IMG/VR virus record: IMGVR_UViG_3300009419_000009
Coordinates: 1-64,000 of that record
Length of the DNA stretch: 64,000 nucleotides
Source of the DNA: an uncultured virus (IMG/VR IMGVR_UViG_3300009419_000009)
Lineage: Duplodnaviria > Heunggongvirae > Uroviricota > Caudoviricetes
Direction: 5' to 3' (one strand)
Numbering within the stretch: position 1 is the first letter of the stretch; every line of letters begins with the position of its first letter. Made by a program: the position numbers and the translations under genes. Shown piece after piece: positions 24,682-34,730 of this stretch. Below the pieces are notes generated by a model. It saw only the letters and a list, made by a program, of their open reading frames with translations, made no database searches and was not told the origin of the DNA.

Positions 24682-26463
24682 TTATTTTACAAGGAGACCA
24701 GCAATTCGAAGCATCTGAACTAGATCTGCATCCTCGCTGACCACGCCACCTGAGTTTTGGCCAGCTGGTGTATTGGCCGCAGTTGGTTGTGGTGGTGGTG
24801 GAGTTTCTGGTGCAGGCTGTGCAGGCGGTGTATCAAACTCAGATGTTTCCAATCCTAGTTTTTGGTATATGTTTGGCCAGTTGTCTTTGAGCCATTCTTT
24901 GATTGCTGGCACAGCATCTGCATCCTCGCCAAGGTCATCCACTAGATCATGCAAGGTGTCAAACAAAGTGTCGTCGCCAATGATGTCATACAACACTGAC
25001 GTTACATTGGTTGCGTCCATGCCAAACGGCAGTGGCTTGGCCAATAGTTGTTGTAGTTGTTGCAGGTCTTCAGGCGTTTCAGGAATAGCCCAGGTGCCTT
25101 CGTCTAGTAGATCCACACCTGGGTCAAGGTCTTCTGCCACTTGATATTCTGCTTCGTAACGTAGATTTTGATTTTCTTTGAGATTGCGTAGGTCGCGTAG
25201 ATAGTGTGTGGCCAATTGTACTGCTAGTGTACGTGAGGGTGATTGACTGTCGTCTTCGGTTATTGTATCGTATTGTGTTGCCCAGTGTTTTGCAAATTCT
25301 GCTACCTCAGGCATGGTGGTAGCACGATTGGCAATATCTTCTAAAACAGATTTTACCAAGGTGCTGGGGTCTGAGAATCTGAGCATCTTCATGTATTCAT
25401 CCATGCCTTCATTGGTTGCTAGTGCAAGTACAGATTGGCCTTCAATGATATCCGTGATGGACTGAATTTGATTTTGTTTTCTTTGCTCGTGTAGCTGATA
25501 TGCTTTGTATACATGTGGTAATGCCGCTGTCATGCGGTCATCAAAAATTTTCTTGACAAAACGTTCTTTGAGATCGTTCACGTCCATTTCGTCCAATTGA
25601 GTTGTTTGTGGCTCAAACGATTCAATAAATTGATTGTATGATCTTGTGCCGCGCAAAGAATTCAATTGATGGTGCAGGTGATTATAGTGTGCAACTGCGG
25701 CTTCAACCATGGTCTTGGTCACGTTGTCTTCAAACACACGACGGCGCATGCCTCGTACAAATGTACCAAGCTCATTCATCTCTTTGACAGTTTCATTGAT
25801 GAACGATCCAACATCATCATAAGGATTGCCGCCTTCGCTGATGTGTCGTGCCATTGCACGTGCGGCGCTTAGTTTGTTGTGTTCTAGTTTGAAACGTTCA
25901 CCTTGTGAATTTTCAACATAGATAGCGTTGATGTGTCTTGCACGACTACCGCGCACTTCTGGATTGACACTTTCGGTGTGTACAATACGAATACGGGCAG
26001 AGCCAATATTTTCAAAACTGTGCTTGGGTGTGCCGTACAGCCTGCTCTCAGTCACTTTTACATCACCTGAGTCAAATGTAGAATCTGCGTGTGTCACTTG
26101 CTGTATGTCCTTGATGTTAAGGTTGCTCCTGGTTATATCTCGAGTGTCAAATGTCATTAGGTTGCGCCGAGCAAATTTGCGCATTTCATATAAAAAGGCA
26201 TACCACTCTTTGAGTTGGTCAGGGTCAAGTTTATCGCTGATATTTTTGCTAAAGTAGATTTTTAAGCTGTCATTGTCAATGATGCTGAGTGTTATATTTC
26301 CAAACTCTTCGCCATCTTTGCTGGTGTAATTAAAGTTGAAAAATCTAGCTTTTTCGGGTGCGGCAGTAGCTTGTGCTTTATCGTCGCCCAAGCTCACATC
26401 TTCAAATCTGCTACGGACTTTTTCAAACAATGCTTCTGCAATTTTATCAATATCTTGTGCCAT
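24682..26463 (-). CDS. Hypothetical (probable virion) protein
   Basis: 593 aa acidic ORF; TAAATA 5 nt before ATG. Confidence 0.65.
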   Translation of the reverse strand: MAQDIDKIAEALFEKVRSRFEDVSLGDDKAQATAAPEKARFFNFNYTSKDGEEFGNITLSIIDNDSLKIYFSKNISDKLDPDQLKEWYAFLYEMRKFARRNLMTFDTRDITRSNLNIKDIQQVTHADSTFDSGDVKVTESRLYGTPKHSFENIGSARIRIVHTESVNPEVRGSRARHINAIYVENSQGERFKLEHNKLSAARAMARHISEGGNPYDDVGSFINETVKEMNELGTFVRGMRRRVFEDNVTKTMVEAAVAHYNHLHHQLNSLRGTRSYNQFIESFEPQTTQLDEMDVNDLKERFVKKIFDDRMTAALPHVYKAYQLHEQRKQNQIQSITDIIEGQSVLALATNEGMDEYMKMLRFSDPSTLVKSVLEDIANRATTMPEVAEFAKHWATQYDTITEDDSQSPSRTLAVQLATHYLRDLRNLKENQNLRYEAEYQVAEDLDPGVDLLDEGTWAIPETPEDLQQLQQLLAKPLPFGMDATNVTSVLYDIIGDDTLFDTLHDLVDDLGEDADAVPAIKEWLKDNWPNIYQKLGLETSEFDTPPAQPAPETPPPPQPTAANTPAGQNSGGVVSEDADLVQMLRIAGLLVK

Positions 26464-26491
26464 GTGTGTATTTAGCTTTTTGACTCTAACG

Positions 26492-28054
26492 TTAGATCAT
26501 GATAAAAGGCATGGGTTCTACAAAATCTTCCACGCTGTCACGTACATAGCTATCTAAACTGGCGTCAAATTCCTTGACAAACTGTAGCATACGCACAACC
26601 AACAGCATGCTCATGACCAAATCATCAGTTTCGCCTTCTTTGGCTTCGTAGCCAGCACCTTTGGCAATGAACGTTTTTAATTCTGATATTAAGTTTTTGC
26701 TGGCAATTTTTAATTTGCTGTTTTCAACCAGTTGCTTGAATTTGGCACAAGCCGCCAGCTTGGATTTGTTGCTGGTATTAAAGCCCTTGCGCCAGATGTT
26801 GTTTGATCCAGGTCTGCGTGGCTCGCTGATAAAAATACCTGGAATGTTTTCTTCGCCAATTTCTGCAATCGCAACCAGTGCGGCTTCGCCCAGCGTGTTG
26901 TTTTCTACAGAGTAGTAAACATCAATATTGCTGCCTATTGCGTCAACAATGTACTTGTTGATTTCTTTGAGAATGACCACTTGCTTTTGTATGGGTGTTT
27001 TGTTATGTTGCCATTCAGCCACTTGCATGAGGCTAGGCAATTCCACAACTTGTATGGCGCTGGGATCTCCACCTGTGCCCAAGCTGGGATCTAGTCCTAC
27101 CAAATAGGTACAACCTTTTTGTGGTTTTTTATACCAGCGCACTTGTCCTTGACGTTCCAGTGGCTCAATGCCTGCCATTTCAATCAGGTGAATTGGATTA
27201 ATCAGTGTTTCATCAAAGATCAAGAATTCACATTCCATTTCACGACGGAAACGTTCTTCGCCTAGTTGGGCTTTCATTTCATGTGCCCATGCATCGTCAC
27301 GGTCTGGATGTTCTTGCCATTTTGAACGATAGGCTTTGAAGCCATTGGTGCCCACTTCTGTTTCGTTGCCAAACTCATCCATGCATTTGTTTGCCTGGCG
27401 CCAGATTTGTGAGAATTGATCTTCGTCAGAGTTGGGTGTGCTTGTGATAATACACTTACCACCTGTTGACAGTGTGGGCGCAATAGAAGTCCAAAACTCA
27501 GTGGCAATGCTGGGGCGTACGAATGCAAACTCGTCCATGTACAGCAATGAAATACTCATACCACGACCAGTATTTTCTGTTGTGGTTTGTGCCACTATAC
27601 GTGACCCGTTGTCAAAATCAATTGAACCTTTGTTGTAGCTGGTAACACCTGCTCGAATAAAGTCAGGACAGTTTTCATATGCATAACGAATACGTTGCAT
27701 GATTTCCTGCGCACCCAAATACTTGTGAGCCGCTACTAGAATAGTACTATCAGCTACAAACATTGCATACCATAATAAATACCCTGCGGCAGACGTTGAT
27801 TTCCCCGTTTGTCTTGGCATTAAGCTGATAGAGTATCTATAATTGTGATACGTGTCAATGAGACGTTTTTGATAGTCCCATGGATGATACTGCATGCTAC
27901 CCTTCATAGGATGCTGTATGTAAAAGTAGTTGTCCATGAAGTATTGTGGACCCGTGATAGGGTCTGCACAACGGGCAATTTCAAGGATCTGCTGTTCGGT
28001 AAAGCTCTCCTGTTGGTGAGCTTTTTTTACAATAACGCTTTCAAGTGTAGACAT
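26492..28054 (-). CDS. Terminase large subunit (T4 gp17-like)
   Basis: PRQTGKS Walker A, YMDEFAF Walker B, ITSTPN, GLDPS.G.G.D nuclease, DDLVM. Confidence 0.95.
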   Translation of the reverse strand: MSTLESVIVKKAHQQESFTEQQILEIARCADPITGPQYFMDNYFYIQHPMKGSMQYHPWDYQKRLIDTYHNYRYSISLMPRQTGKSTSAAGYLLWYAMFVADSTILVAAHKYLGAQEIMQRIRYAYENCPDFIRAGVTSYNKGSIDFDNGSRIVAQTTTENTGRGMSISLLYMDEFAFVRPSIATEFWTSIAPTLSTGGKCIITSTPNSDEDQFSQIWRQANKCMDEFGNETEVGTNGFKAYRSKWQEHPDRDDAWAHEMKAQLGEERFRREMECEFLIFDETLINPIHLIEMAGIEPLERQGQVRWYKKPQKGCTYLVGLDPSLGTGGDPSAIQVVELPSLMQVAEWQHNKTPIQKQVVILKEINKYIVDAIGSNIDVYYSVENNTLGEAALVAIAEIGEENIPGIFISEPRRPGSNNIWRKGFNTSNKSKLAACAKFKQLVENSKLKIASKNLISELKTFIAKGAGYEAKEGETDDLVMSMLLVVRMLQFVKEFDASLDSYVRDSVEDFVEPMPFIMI

Positions 28055-28068
28055 AATAAGTATTTAAC

Positions 28069-28599
28069 ATGAACTGCCTTCTTCTAAACTCTAATTACGA
28101 GCCTATTTCTATCCTGCCATTGAGCATTATCAATTGGCAACATGCTATCAAATTGATGTTTCTGGATAGAATCACTGTGCTCGAAGAATACGAGAATCAC
28201 GTTGCTCGTAGCGCCAGCTTGACTATTCATTACCCTGCGGTTGCTGTGACCAAAAACTATTTCAACAACAAGAAGGGTGTGCGCTTTAGCCGTGCTAACT
28301 TGTACTTACGTGACTTGTATCAGTGCCAATACTGCGGCGATACATTTGACAACAACGAGCTGACCATTGATCACATGGTTCCAAAAGCATCAGGTGGTAA
28401 AGTAAACTGGGAAAATGCGGTAACTGCTTGCAAGACTTGCAATCACAAAAAAGGCACCAAGCTGTGGAAGCCAATGAACATGCCTTACAAGCCAGACTAC
28501 TACCAATTGGTCAACAAGTGGAAAGGCCGTCCTGTGCATATCCAGCACTCAAGTTGGTACCAGTATCTGGGTATTGAAGATCAACGGGCCACTGGCTAG
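28069..28599 (+). CDS. HNH endonuclease
   Basis: RD.YQCQYCG, TIDH.VP...GG...WEN.V.AC..CN..KG. Confidence 0.92.
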   Translation: MNCLLLNSNYEPISILPLSIINWQHAIKLMFLDRITVLEEYENHVARSASLTIHYPAVAVTKNYFNNKKGVRFSRANLYLRDLYQCQYCGDTFDNNELTIDHMVPKASGGKVNWENAVTACKTCNHKKGTKLWKPMNMPYKPDYYQLVNKWKGRPVHIQHSSWYQYLGIEDQRATG

Positions 28600-28796
28600 A
28601 CTGGTTTTTCGCCTGTCCAGTAAGGCAGACTGAACCACAGGCGAAACCATTCAGGTGTGCCTGGTTGTATGTTGTGCTGTTTTTCTAGCTCTCGCTTTTC
28701 CGTACCAGTAACACTGATGTTCATGCCAGTATACTGCGACCAGTCTGGTTGCTGGCATGTGCCACTCAGCTTGCGGAGTTCTTCAATTGGATCCAT
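28596..28796 (-). CDS. Small hypothetical protein (HNIxPGTPxWF family, copy 2)
   Basis: Likely start MDPIEEL coupled to upstream stop; QHNIQPGTPEWFRLWF. Confidence 0.65.
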   Translation of the reverse strand: MDPIEELRKLSGTCQQPDWSQYTGMNISVTGTEKRELEKQHNIQPGTPEWFRLWFSLPYWTGEKPV

Positions 28797-29047
28797 TATT
28801 TGCCAAACCATAAAGCAAACCACGCAGGGGTGCCTGGTTTGATATTGTGCTCTTTCATGTAACGAGCTTTGTTGTTTTGTGGATTGTCTTTTTGCCAGGC
28901 TTGCAATTGAGAGTAGTCACGCTTGGGTGCTTCTTCTCCGCGGGCAATTTGAAAGATAGGATCGTTTACATCTAGTACAGCATCTTCATGCCCAGCATCA
29001 TGTTCAGCTAAGCCAAAATCTGACCTAGTGAATACTCGCTGTTTCAT
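28796..29047 (-). CDS. Small hypothetical protein (HNIxPGTPxWF family, copy 1)
   Basis: EHNIKPGTPAWFALWF. Confidence 0.65.
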   Translation of the reverse strand: MKQRVFTRSDFGLAEHDAGHEDAVLDVNDPIFQIARGEEAPKRDYSQLQAWQKDNPQNNKARYMKEHNIKPGTPAWFALWFGK

Positions 29048-29124
29048 TAGTGTTGTCCGTAAGGATTAACAGGGCGGTCGTATCCGTCTGGCTCAGGATA
29101 CACAGGATATTGATTTGGGTTCAT
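29047..29124 (-). CDS. 25-aa microprotein MNPNQYPVYPEPDGYDRPVNPYGQH
   Basis: ATGA overlap with upstream nuclease and TAATG overlap with downstream gene. Confidence 0.65.
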   Translation of the reverse strand: MNPNQYPVYPEPDGYDRPVNPYGQH

Positions 29125-29942
29125 TCAGCGGTGCCCTTGCACTTGGCACGTTTGGCATTGGTCAATGCACCGTAGTCCACTGGCCAAATTTGTCCGCCCG
29201 GCACTTCTTTGGCATTGGCAGGGAAAGCAAATGCCACACCCGATGCTTTTTCAACAGCATCAATACTTGCACGAACTGCAACCAAGTCGTTGCCTTGTCC
29301 TGGACGATGGTCAAATGCAAATGCCATTACTTCGCCTGTTACTGTGTCAGTTACAATCTTGTAAAAGCCACGTGGTACTACAACTTGATTGGCGCCAATG
29401 GTTTTGTCACCAGCGCCATATATAGCTCCAACGTATACCACAAGGGTATGGCCACGTTGAACTGCCCACCCGCGGGTCGCAGTTTCTAATAATTTCCAAA
29501 TTCCACGATTGAACCCCGGGAGTTGTGGATACATGTTTGTTAGTAAAAAACTTTCTTTTTCCGCACGGTCATTAAAACTCATGTCACCATTGGGTGCCAC
29601 GTGTCCAATATCATATCCTGACTTGGCATAGTCTGCTAGTTCAGCACGAGATCCTTTGGGAATACTTTGATCTGGTGCAAAGCCATTTGAACGTGGTACA
29701 CAGCCCAGTGCGTTCTGTGGGGTTAGTGTGTAACTGACCCACACAGGAATACGTGCGGCTGTGTCGTTTAGTGTAACATAACTTTGACGACAAATAGCCA
29801 CTCCGGGTTTTTTGGTTTGTGGAAAACCGTACGGTGCTTGTGCCTGGCATTGTGCTACAGGTAATGGTGGCCATTGTTCCCAGGCATGTGCTGTGGTAGC
29901 AAATAGTGCTATCGCTATAATTGAAATCCAGTGTTTCATCAA
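29121..29942 (-). CDS. DNA/RNA non-specific endonuclease (NucA/EndoG family) with signal peptide
   Basis: DY..SGYDIGH.AP, F...NM.PQ...FNRG.W..LE; N-terminal hydrophobic stretch ending AHA. Confidence 0.9.
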   Translation of the reverse strand: MMKHWISIIAIALFATTAHAWEQWPPLPVAQCQAQAPYGFPQTKKPGVAICRQSYVTLNDTAARIPVWVSYTLTPQNALGCVPRSNGFAPDQSIPKGSRAELADYAKSGYDIGHVAPNGDMSFNDRAEKESFLLTNMYPQLPGFNRGIWKLLETATRGWAVQRGHTLVVYVGAIYGAGDKTIGANQVVVPRGFYKIVTDTVTGEVMAFAFDHRPGQGNDLVAVRASIDAVEKASGVAFAFPANAKEVPGGQIWPVDYGALTNAKRAKCKGTAE

Positions 29943-29953
29943 TGATCCTTGAG

Positions 29954-32782
29954 TTACTCAGCGTTTCTAATTTTGTCCAGCATGCGAGCCAGTCGTGCTT
30001 CCAAATAGTTGTTGCCTTCTGGAATTGCCATTGGGTTGTCACTTTGCTTGTAGCTGTGTTTGTACATGACTTTGCTCTTGTGCATGTCATTGCCACTGGC
30101 AGTCACAGCAGATACAGGTGCAGTGCGCTCATCAGGCTCATTGGCGTATTCGTCCAAGTCACCAACTCTTACCACTTGTGGTTCTGGCTTTTTGCCTATC
30201 ATGCCTGCCATCTTGAGCATACTGGCTAACTCTTCTGCGGCTTCACCGTCAGCAGTTACAGTAACAGTCTTGCGACCTGTCTTGGTGTCCATGCTGGTAT
30301 TGATGCTGACACCATCTTCTTGGCTCATTCCGCCCATGCCCATGTCGCCGCATTCCTCTAGCTCTTCTTTGTCCTTGGCAGCGTCTTTCATGGACTCTTT
30401 TTCATCATTGTCACCGTCAATATCAGCATAGTCTGGCTTTTCTTCACTTTCCATCATGCCGCATTCGTTCATGCCATGCATTTCGCAGTACTGCCCTTCA
30501 GCAGTCATGTTGCATCCGCCTTCATTCATTTGTTCGTCTTCGGCGCCTGTGACACTGAAAGACTTGCCGCCTACTTCAAAAGAGTCTTTGCCTGCACGAA
30601 TGGCATTGGCACGAGCACCTGAAAATTCATTGCCTTCGTCAGTGGCCACTTCATCCATTGCGCTAGGCAATCCCGCAAGTCTTGCCAGTTCGTTTAGGCT
30701 GTCATGAACTTTGGTTTCACTAATTTCTACATCGCCGCCTTCAATCGCATTATGGAATTCATCAGCAACCCATTCATACGGATCACCATCACGACCTTTT
30801 TTAACACCGTATGGCATGTCGTCAAAGTAATAGTCATACAATGCTTCAAACAAGTCTTGATCAAAATGTCCGCCTTGTGCAAATTCGCGAACTTCTTTAC
30901 CAAAGCGGCGAACGATTGCTTGTAACGTACTTTCTGTCAGAACGCTTTCGTCAACTTTTTTCTTTTTAACTTTGTCTGGCAAACCTTTGTGCTTGGTAGA
31001 TGCAAAATCTTCAGCATCTTTTTTGCCTATGTCTTTGGCAACCTTGCCGACTTCTTTGCTGGCTGGCTTTTCGCCTTTTTGTGCGGCGTGTACCATACCA
31101 AAGAATTTTTGTTGTGACTTGCTCTTGGCTTTTTCCATTACGAAAATTGCTTCAAGTTCAGCCATGGTGTCTTCAACATAAGTTTCAAGATTGATAGACT
31201 CAGCAACACGTGAACCTTTGTGTTTGTATGCCTTGGCTGTGGTACGCTCTGGGCCAAAGTTTTTCTTTGGACGACCTTTGGTCTTGGGTGCATCACCGGG
31301 TGCAGTTTTTTTCACACCTTTCTTTTCGTTGCCGTACTCGTCGTAGTCATCATCGTTGCCTGTGTCGTCACGATCACTGCGAGCACCATATTTCTTGTTG
31401 CGATTGCGTTCGCTTTCAGGATCAGTGTTAACACCTCTCATGCCGCCTTGTGCGCCTTTGAGTAGATTCATGTCTAGGCCAGCTTCATCAATGGTCTCAT
31501 GATGCTTTGCGCATTTCTTGCAAGCGTTTTTGACTTCGTCAGTCAACGTGTCATCATGCTTGCTGTCCAAGTTGTCCATGATGTATTTCATTGCTGGTTT
31601 GAATTCACTCTTGGGATCCCACCCACGCTTACGCATCCACTTGCGAACAGTATGTGCTGCCGCATCGTATTCACTGTGTTCTTCTTCTGTGGTTTTACGT
31701 GTGCCTGGCAATGAACTGTTGGCATTGTTCTCGTCGTACTGTTCTTCTTTGACTTCGTCATTCAATGCATCATCATCGTAAACACCGTGGCCACTGGTCT
31801 TTGATTCATCGTCGTAGCGGAATACCATTACATTTACATCGTCAATGTAGCCACGCACTTCCATGCCGTCGTCACTTTCTTCTTCACGATCCAACCAGTC
31901 ACCTTCAATGGTACTAAAGAAATCATCTGCATTGTCATAGTGGCGGCCATCGTCAGCTTGTAATTCTTCATTCATGCCTAGTCGTGCTTTGGCTTTGGCC
32001 AAACCTGCAGAACCAGTTGGGCTCTTGCTGGCTTCGTCGTCTAGGTCTTTTGTAGTTGTCTTCCAGCTGTCGTCACCAGGAGCGGCTTTGGCTTTGCGTT
32101 GGAAAGCAGGAATGTCACTCTTGTTAGGGCCGTCTTGATATTCGCCTTCATAAACTGTATCAACATCGGGTCTGGAACCCAAGTAAGTGAAACGATTTGT
32201 GCTGTCCCATTCTTGAAACGCTGCCTTTGCTTCAACTGCACTAGTAGCCTTGACTTGAGTGCTGTGTGATTTGCCTGGCTTCTTAGAATCTTTGTAGGCT
32301 ACTGTGTATGTGCTGGCGCCTTTAGTTTCGCCTTCGTTGACATCGTCTTTATATTTGTTATATTTGTCTCTTACTTTGTCTAGGTCTTTGCCTTCACGTC
32401 CGGCCTTGGCTAGTGCTTCCATGCCTTTTTTGCCGTACTTTTCATAACCTTTGGCAGCACGACTCATTGTGCGCTCTTCAGCTTCATCTACTATGTTCTT
32501 TTTACCCATGGCTTTTTTAATAGCTTTGTCTTTGCTACCCATGTACTCATCTTTACCAGATTCTTTTTTGCCGTCGCCGTCATAGTCTTTCTTGGCAAGC
32601 ATGTCTTCATCAACTTCTTTTGCTTCAGCCAGTTTCTTGGCCAAACGGTCTTTCAACGAAAGAGGATTAGATGCAACAGCACCTTCATTCAATTGCTTGA
32701 GCAGGCTCTCTTGCCTAGGAGGTTGTGGTTCCAGCGAGGCTAGTTTGTTCAATATATTGTAAATGTTATTACTTGTGGTCAT
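29954..32782 (-). CDS. Large charged mosaic protein, probable head-associated
   Basis: 942 aa of Lys/Glu/Asp-rich modules punctuated by (V/L/M)xE motifs. Confidence 0.6.
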   Translation of the reverse strand: MTTSNNIYNILNKLASLEPQPPRQESLLKQLNEGAVASNPLSLKDRLAKKLAEAKEVDEDMLAKKDYDGDGKKESGKDEYMGSKDKAIKKAMGKKNIVDEAEERTMSRAAKGYEKYGKKGMEALAKAGREGKDLDKVRDKYNKYKDDVNEGETKGASTYTVAYKDSKKPGKSHSTQVKATSAVEAKAAFQEWDSTNRFTYLGSRPDVDTVYEGEYQDGPNKSDIPAFQRKAKAAPGDDSWKTTTKDLDDEASKSPTGSAGLAKAKARLGMNEELQADDGRHYDNADDFFSTIEGDWLDREEESDDGMEVRGYIDDVNVMVFRYDDESKTSGHGVYDDDALNDEVKEEQYDENNANSSLPGTRKTTEEEHSEYDAAAHTVRKWMRKRGWDPKSEFKPAMKYIMDNLDSKHDDTLTDEVKNACKKCAKHHETIDEAGLDMNLLKGAQGGMRGVNTDPESERNRNKKYGARSDRDDTGNDDDYDEYGNEKKGVKKTAPGDAPKTKGRPKKNFGPERTTAKAYKHKGSRVAESINLETYVEDTMAELEAIFVMEKAKSKSQQKFFGMVHAAQKGEKPASKEVGKVAKDIGKKDAEDFASTKHKGLPDKVKKKKVDESVLTESTLQAIVRRFGKEVREFAQGGHFDQDLFEALYDYYFDDMPYGVKKGRDGDPYEWVADEFHNAIEGGDVEISETKVHDSLNELARLAGLPSAMDEVATDEGNEFSGARANAIRAGKDSFEVGGKSFSVTGAEDEQMNEGGCNMTAEGQYCEMHGMNECGMMESEEKPDYADIDGDNDEKESMKDAAKDKEELEECGDMGMGGMSQEDGVSINTSMDTKTGRKTVTVTADGEAAEELASMLKMAGMIGKKPEPQVVRVGDLDEYANEPDERTAPVSAVTASGNDMHKSKVMYKHSYKQSDNPMAIPEGNNYLEARLARMLDKIRNAE

Positions 32783-33396
32783 TTTTGCTTTCCTCGCGGA
32801 TTAGGGTTTTTTGTGTTCACAGGACTTGTGTTGTTCTGTGCAATGTCTGCTGTGGTCTTTGCAGTTTTTTCTTTGTGCAAAGATGCGGCCAAGATGTTGT
32901 CGTTGACATTTTTAACTTGTTGCGGCTCACTGCGATTTTTTTGTAATTCTTTGAGAAGACTGTCCACACGTTTTAATCCCACGTGCTCTTGTGCTTGATC
33001 ATCTTCTTTGAAGTTATCCTTGCCAGGCTCGAGACTCTCTTCTGGATGCACATGCAAGTCGGCACCGTTTATTTCATCTTCGAGAGTGAAACGTGCCACA
33101 ATCTGTACAGCAGGTATTCCTGTGCTGGCATGAATGGCAGCACGTACAGCTTCAGCTGTGGTTGGATAGTTTAGCTTTACTTCGAACTGTTGTCGTGCAA
33201 CAGGACCAAGACTATTAAATTCTCTGGTCACTGTGATTGGCTGTGCTTTGGGCTTGCTGATGTCCACTAGATCAAATGCGCTGAGTCCACGCTCAATTTT
33301 GTCCAGCAGTTCATTATCAAGCTCGCAATCAGCAATACGCACACGAAAATCAAATGTTCGGTGGCTTTCTGCTAGGTATTTCTTAAACGCTTTCAT
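32779..33396 (-). CDS. Hypothetical protein with T4 internal-protein-like N-terminus
   Basis: MKAFKKYLAE; TAAATA at 33416. Confidence 0.65.
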   Translation of the reverse strand: MKAFKKYLAESHRTFDFRVRIADCELDNELLDKIERGLSAFDLVDISKPKAQPITVTREFNSLGPVARQQFEVKLNYPTTAEAVRAAIHASTGIPAVQIVARFTLEDEINGADLHVHPEESLEPGKDNFKEDDQAQEHVGLKRVDSLLKELQKNRSEPQQVKNVNDNILAASLHKEKTAKTTADIAQNNTSPVNTKNPNPRGKQK

Positions 33397-33427
33397 TACA
33401 GGATCCTATATCACATATTTAGCATTA

Positions 33428-33907
33428 TCATGCCTTTTTATTCTGGCCAAGTATCTCTTTGAGCAGGGTATTACGGTCCAACACTACACCTTGACCATCA
33501 ATCGGCGGTTCTTTAGTACCTTCTTTTTGTGCAACTTGATCTATGCGTAGCTTTTTGAGCTGTAGATCTACCATGCGCAGTTTCTTATCCAACTTGGCTT
33601 GCTTGGCAGTAATTGCATGTCCCAACAACACACCTGCTGTTTGAAAGATTGTACCAGCATAACGTGCTTCTACATTCATGCCCAGATCCATTAGATCTTG
33701 AAACTTGTCTTGAGCAAGTGCCGCTAGGTCATCCATCTCTTGATCAGCAACTTCTAAATCACGCACACCAGGCAGTGCGGCATCAATTTTGTCAATGGCC
33801 GCATCAATGTCACGTATGTGTTCCTTATGATCACTGATAGTGGATTTTGGGTCCTCTATAAATGTTTCTGCAGGAAGGTCAAAAAGTTGTTCTAATTTTT
33901 TGGTCAT
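33428..33907 (-). CDS. Hypothetical coiled-coil protein, possible terminase small subunit
   Basis: 159 aa helical hairpin; gp16-like size only; function tentative. Confidence 0.4.
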   Translation of the reverse strand: MTKKLEQLFDLPAETFIEDPKSTISDHKEHIRDIDAAIDKIDAALPGVRDLEVADQEMDDLAALAQDKFQDLMDLGMNVEARYAGTIFQTAGVLLGHAITAKQAKLDKKLRMVDLQLKKLRIDQVAQKEGTKEPPIDGQGVVLDRNTLLKEILGQNKKA

Positions 33908-33915
33908 GCAGGTAT

Positions 33916-34350
33916 TTACCGCTTGGCACCTTGGTGGAAAATCTCATTTTCAGTTACTACCCTAAAACGCATACCGTTTTGTTTGCACCAGGCATTGGCT
34001 GCGGCCCATTTTGCATGATTAAGCGCCACATAGGCTTTGTCTCTCATGCTACGTGCGCTTTCCATTGTGGTTTCAGTTGACGGTTTGATTTCAATTACCT
34101 CAGCATGTTTTTGCTGATTCTTGTCTGCGTAGATTATTAAAAAATCTGGAATGTACACTGTGTTTTTGTTTGTGAAAGGATTGCGATAAGGTATACTAAT
34201 TGCTTCACTTGCCCATTGCAGTATCGCAGGGTTGTTGTCGCAGAATTGCATAAACGCAAATTCCCATCCTGATCGATAGGTGGGAGTTCCTTTACCAATG
34301 TACTTGGCAGGATTGCGTACTTGAAATTTGCCTTGTGCGTATTTTGCCAT
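33916..34350 (-). CDS. Head completion nuclease (T4 gp4-like)
   Basis: NP.KY.G, YRSGWE, W.SE...IPY, Y.PDF, IEIKP, KW.AA. Confidence 0.9.
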   Translation of the reverse strand: MAKYAQGKFQVRNPAKYIGKGTPTYRSGWEFAFMQFCDNNPAILQWASEAISIPYRNPFTNKNTVYIPDFLIIYADKNQQKHAEVIEIKPSTETTMESARSMRDKAYVALNHAKWAAANAWCKQNGMRFRVVTENEIFHQGAKR

Positions 34351-34730
34351 TATGCCAAGATGCTACGTTTGACAAACACGCTGGCTCTTGGTTGATTGGT
34401 TAGGCCAAGCAAGCTGGTGTTTATTCTATTGAGATTAAGAAAAGTTGCTAGATACAAATTAAGTTCACCAGGTGGCACTTTCTTGAAGTCTGCTAAAATT
34501 TTCATAGGAGTACTTCCACTGGCTAGACTAGTGAACACCACTGCATTGGTTAAATTTTTTGCACTTTCTTTATCGCCAGTTACACTTTCAAAGTAACTTA
34601 GTATAGCACCTTCAGCATCCACTGGCACATTCAATGTTGGTTGGAACAAGTTATTAAAATATTGTTCTACGTCTTTGCGAGCGCCTGGTGTCAGGTCCAC
34701 ACTGTTTGGTAGATTGCTAGATGTTGACAT
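34350..34730 (-). CDS. Hypothetical protein
   Basis: 126 aa, TAATG-coupled on both sides. Confidence 0.65.
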   Translation of the reverse strand: MSTSSNLPNSVDLTPGARKDVEQYFNNLFQPTLNVPVDAEGAILSYFESVTGDKESAKNLTNAVVFTSLASGSTPMKILADFKKVPPGELNLYLATFLNLNRINTSLLGLTNQPRASVFVKRSILA

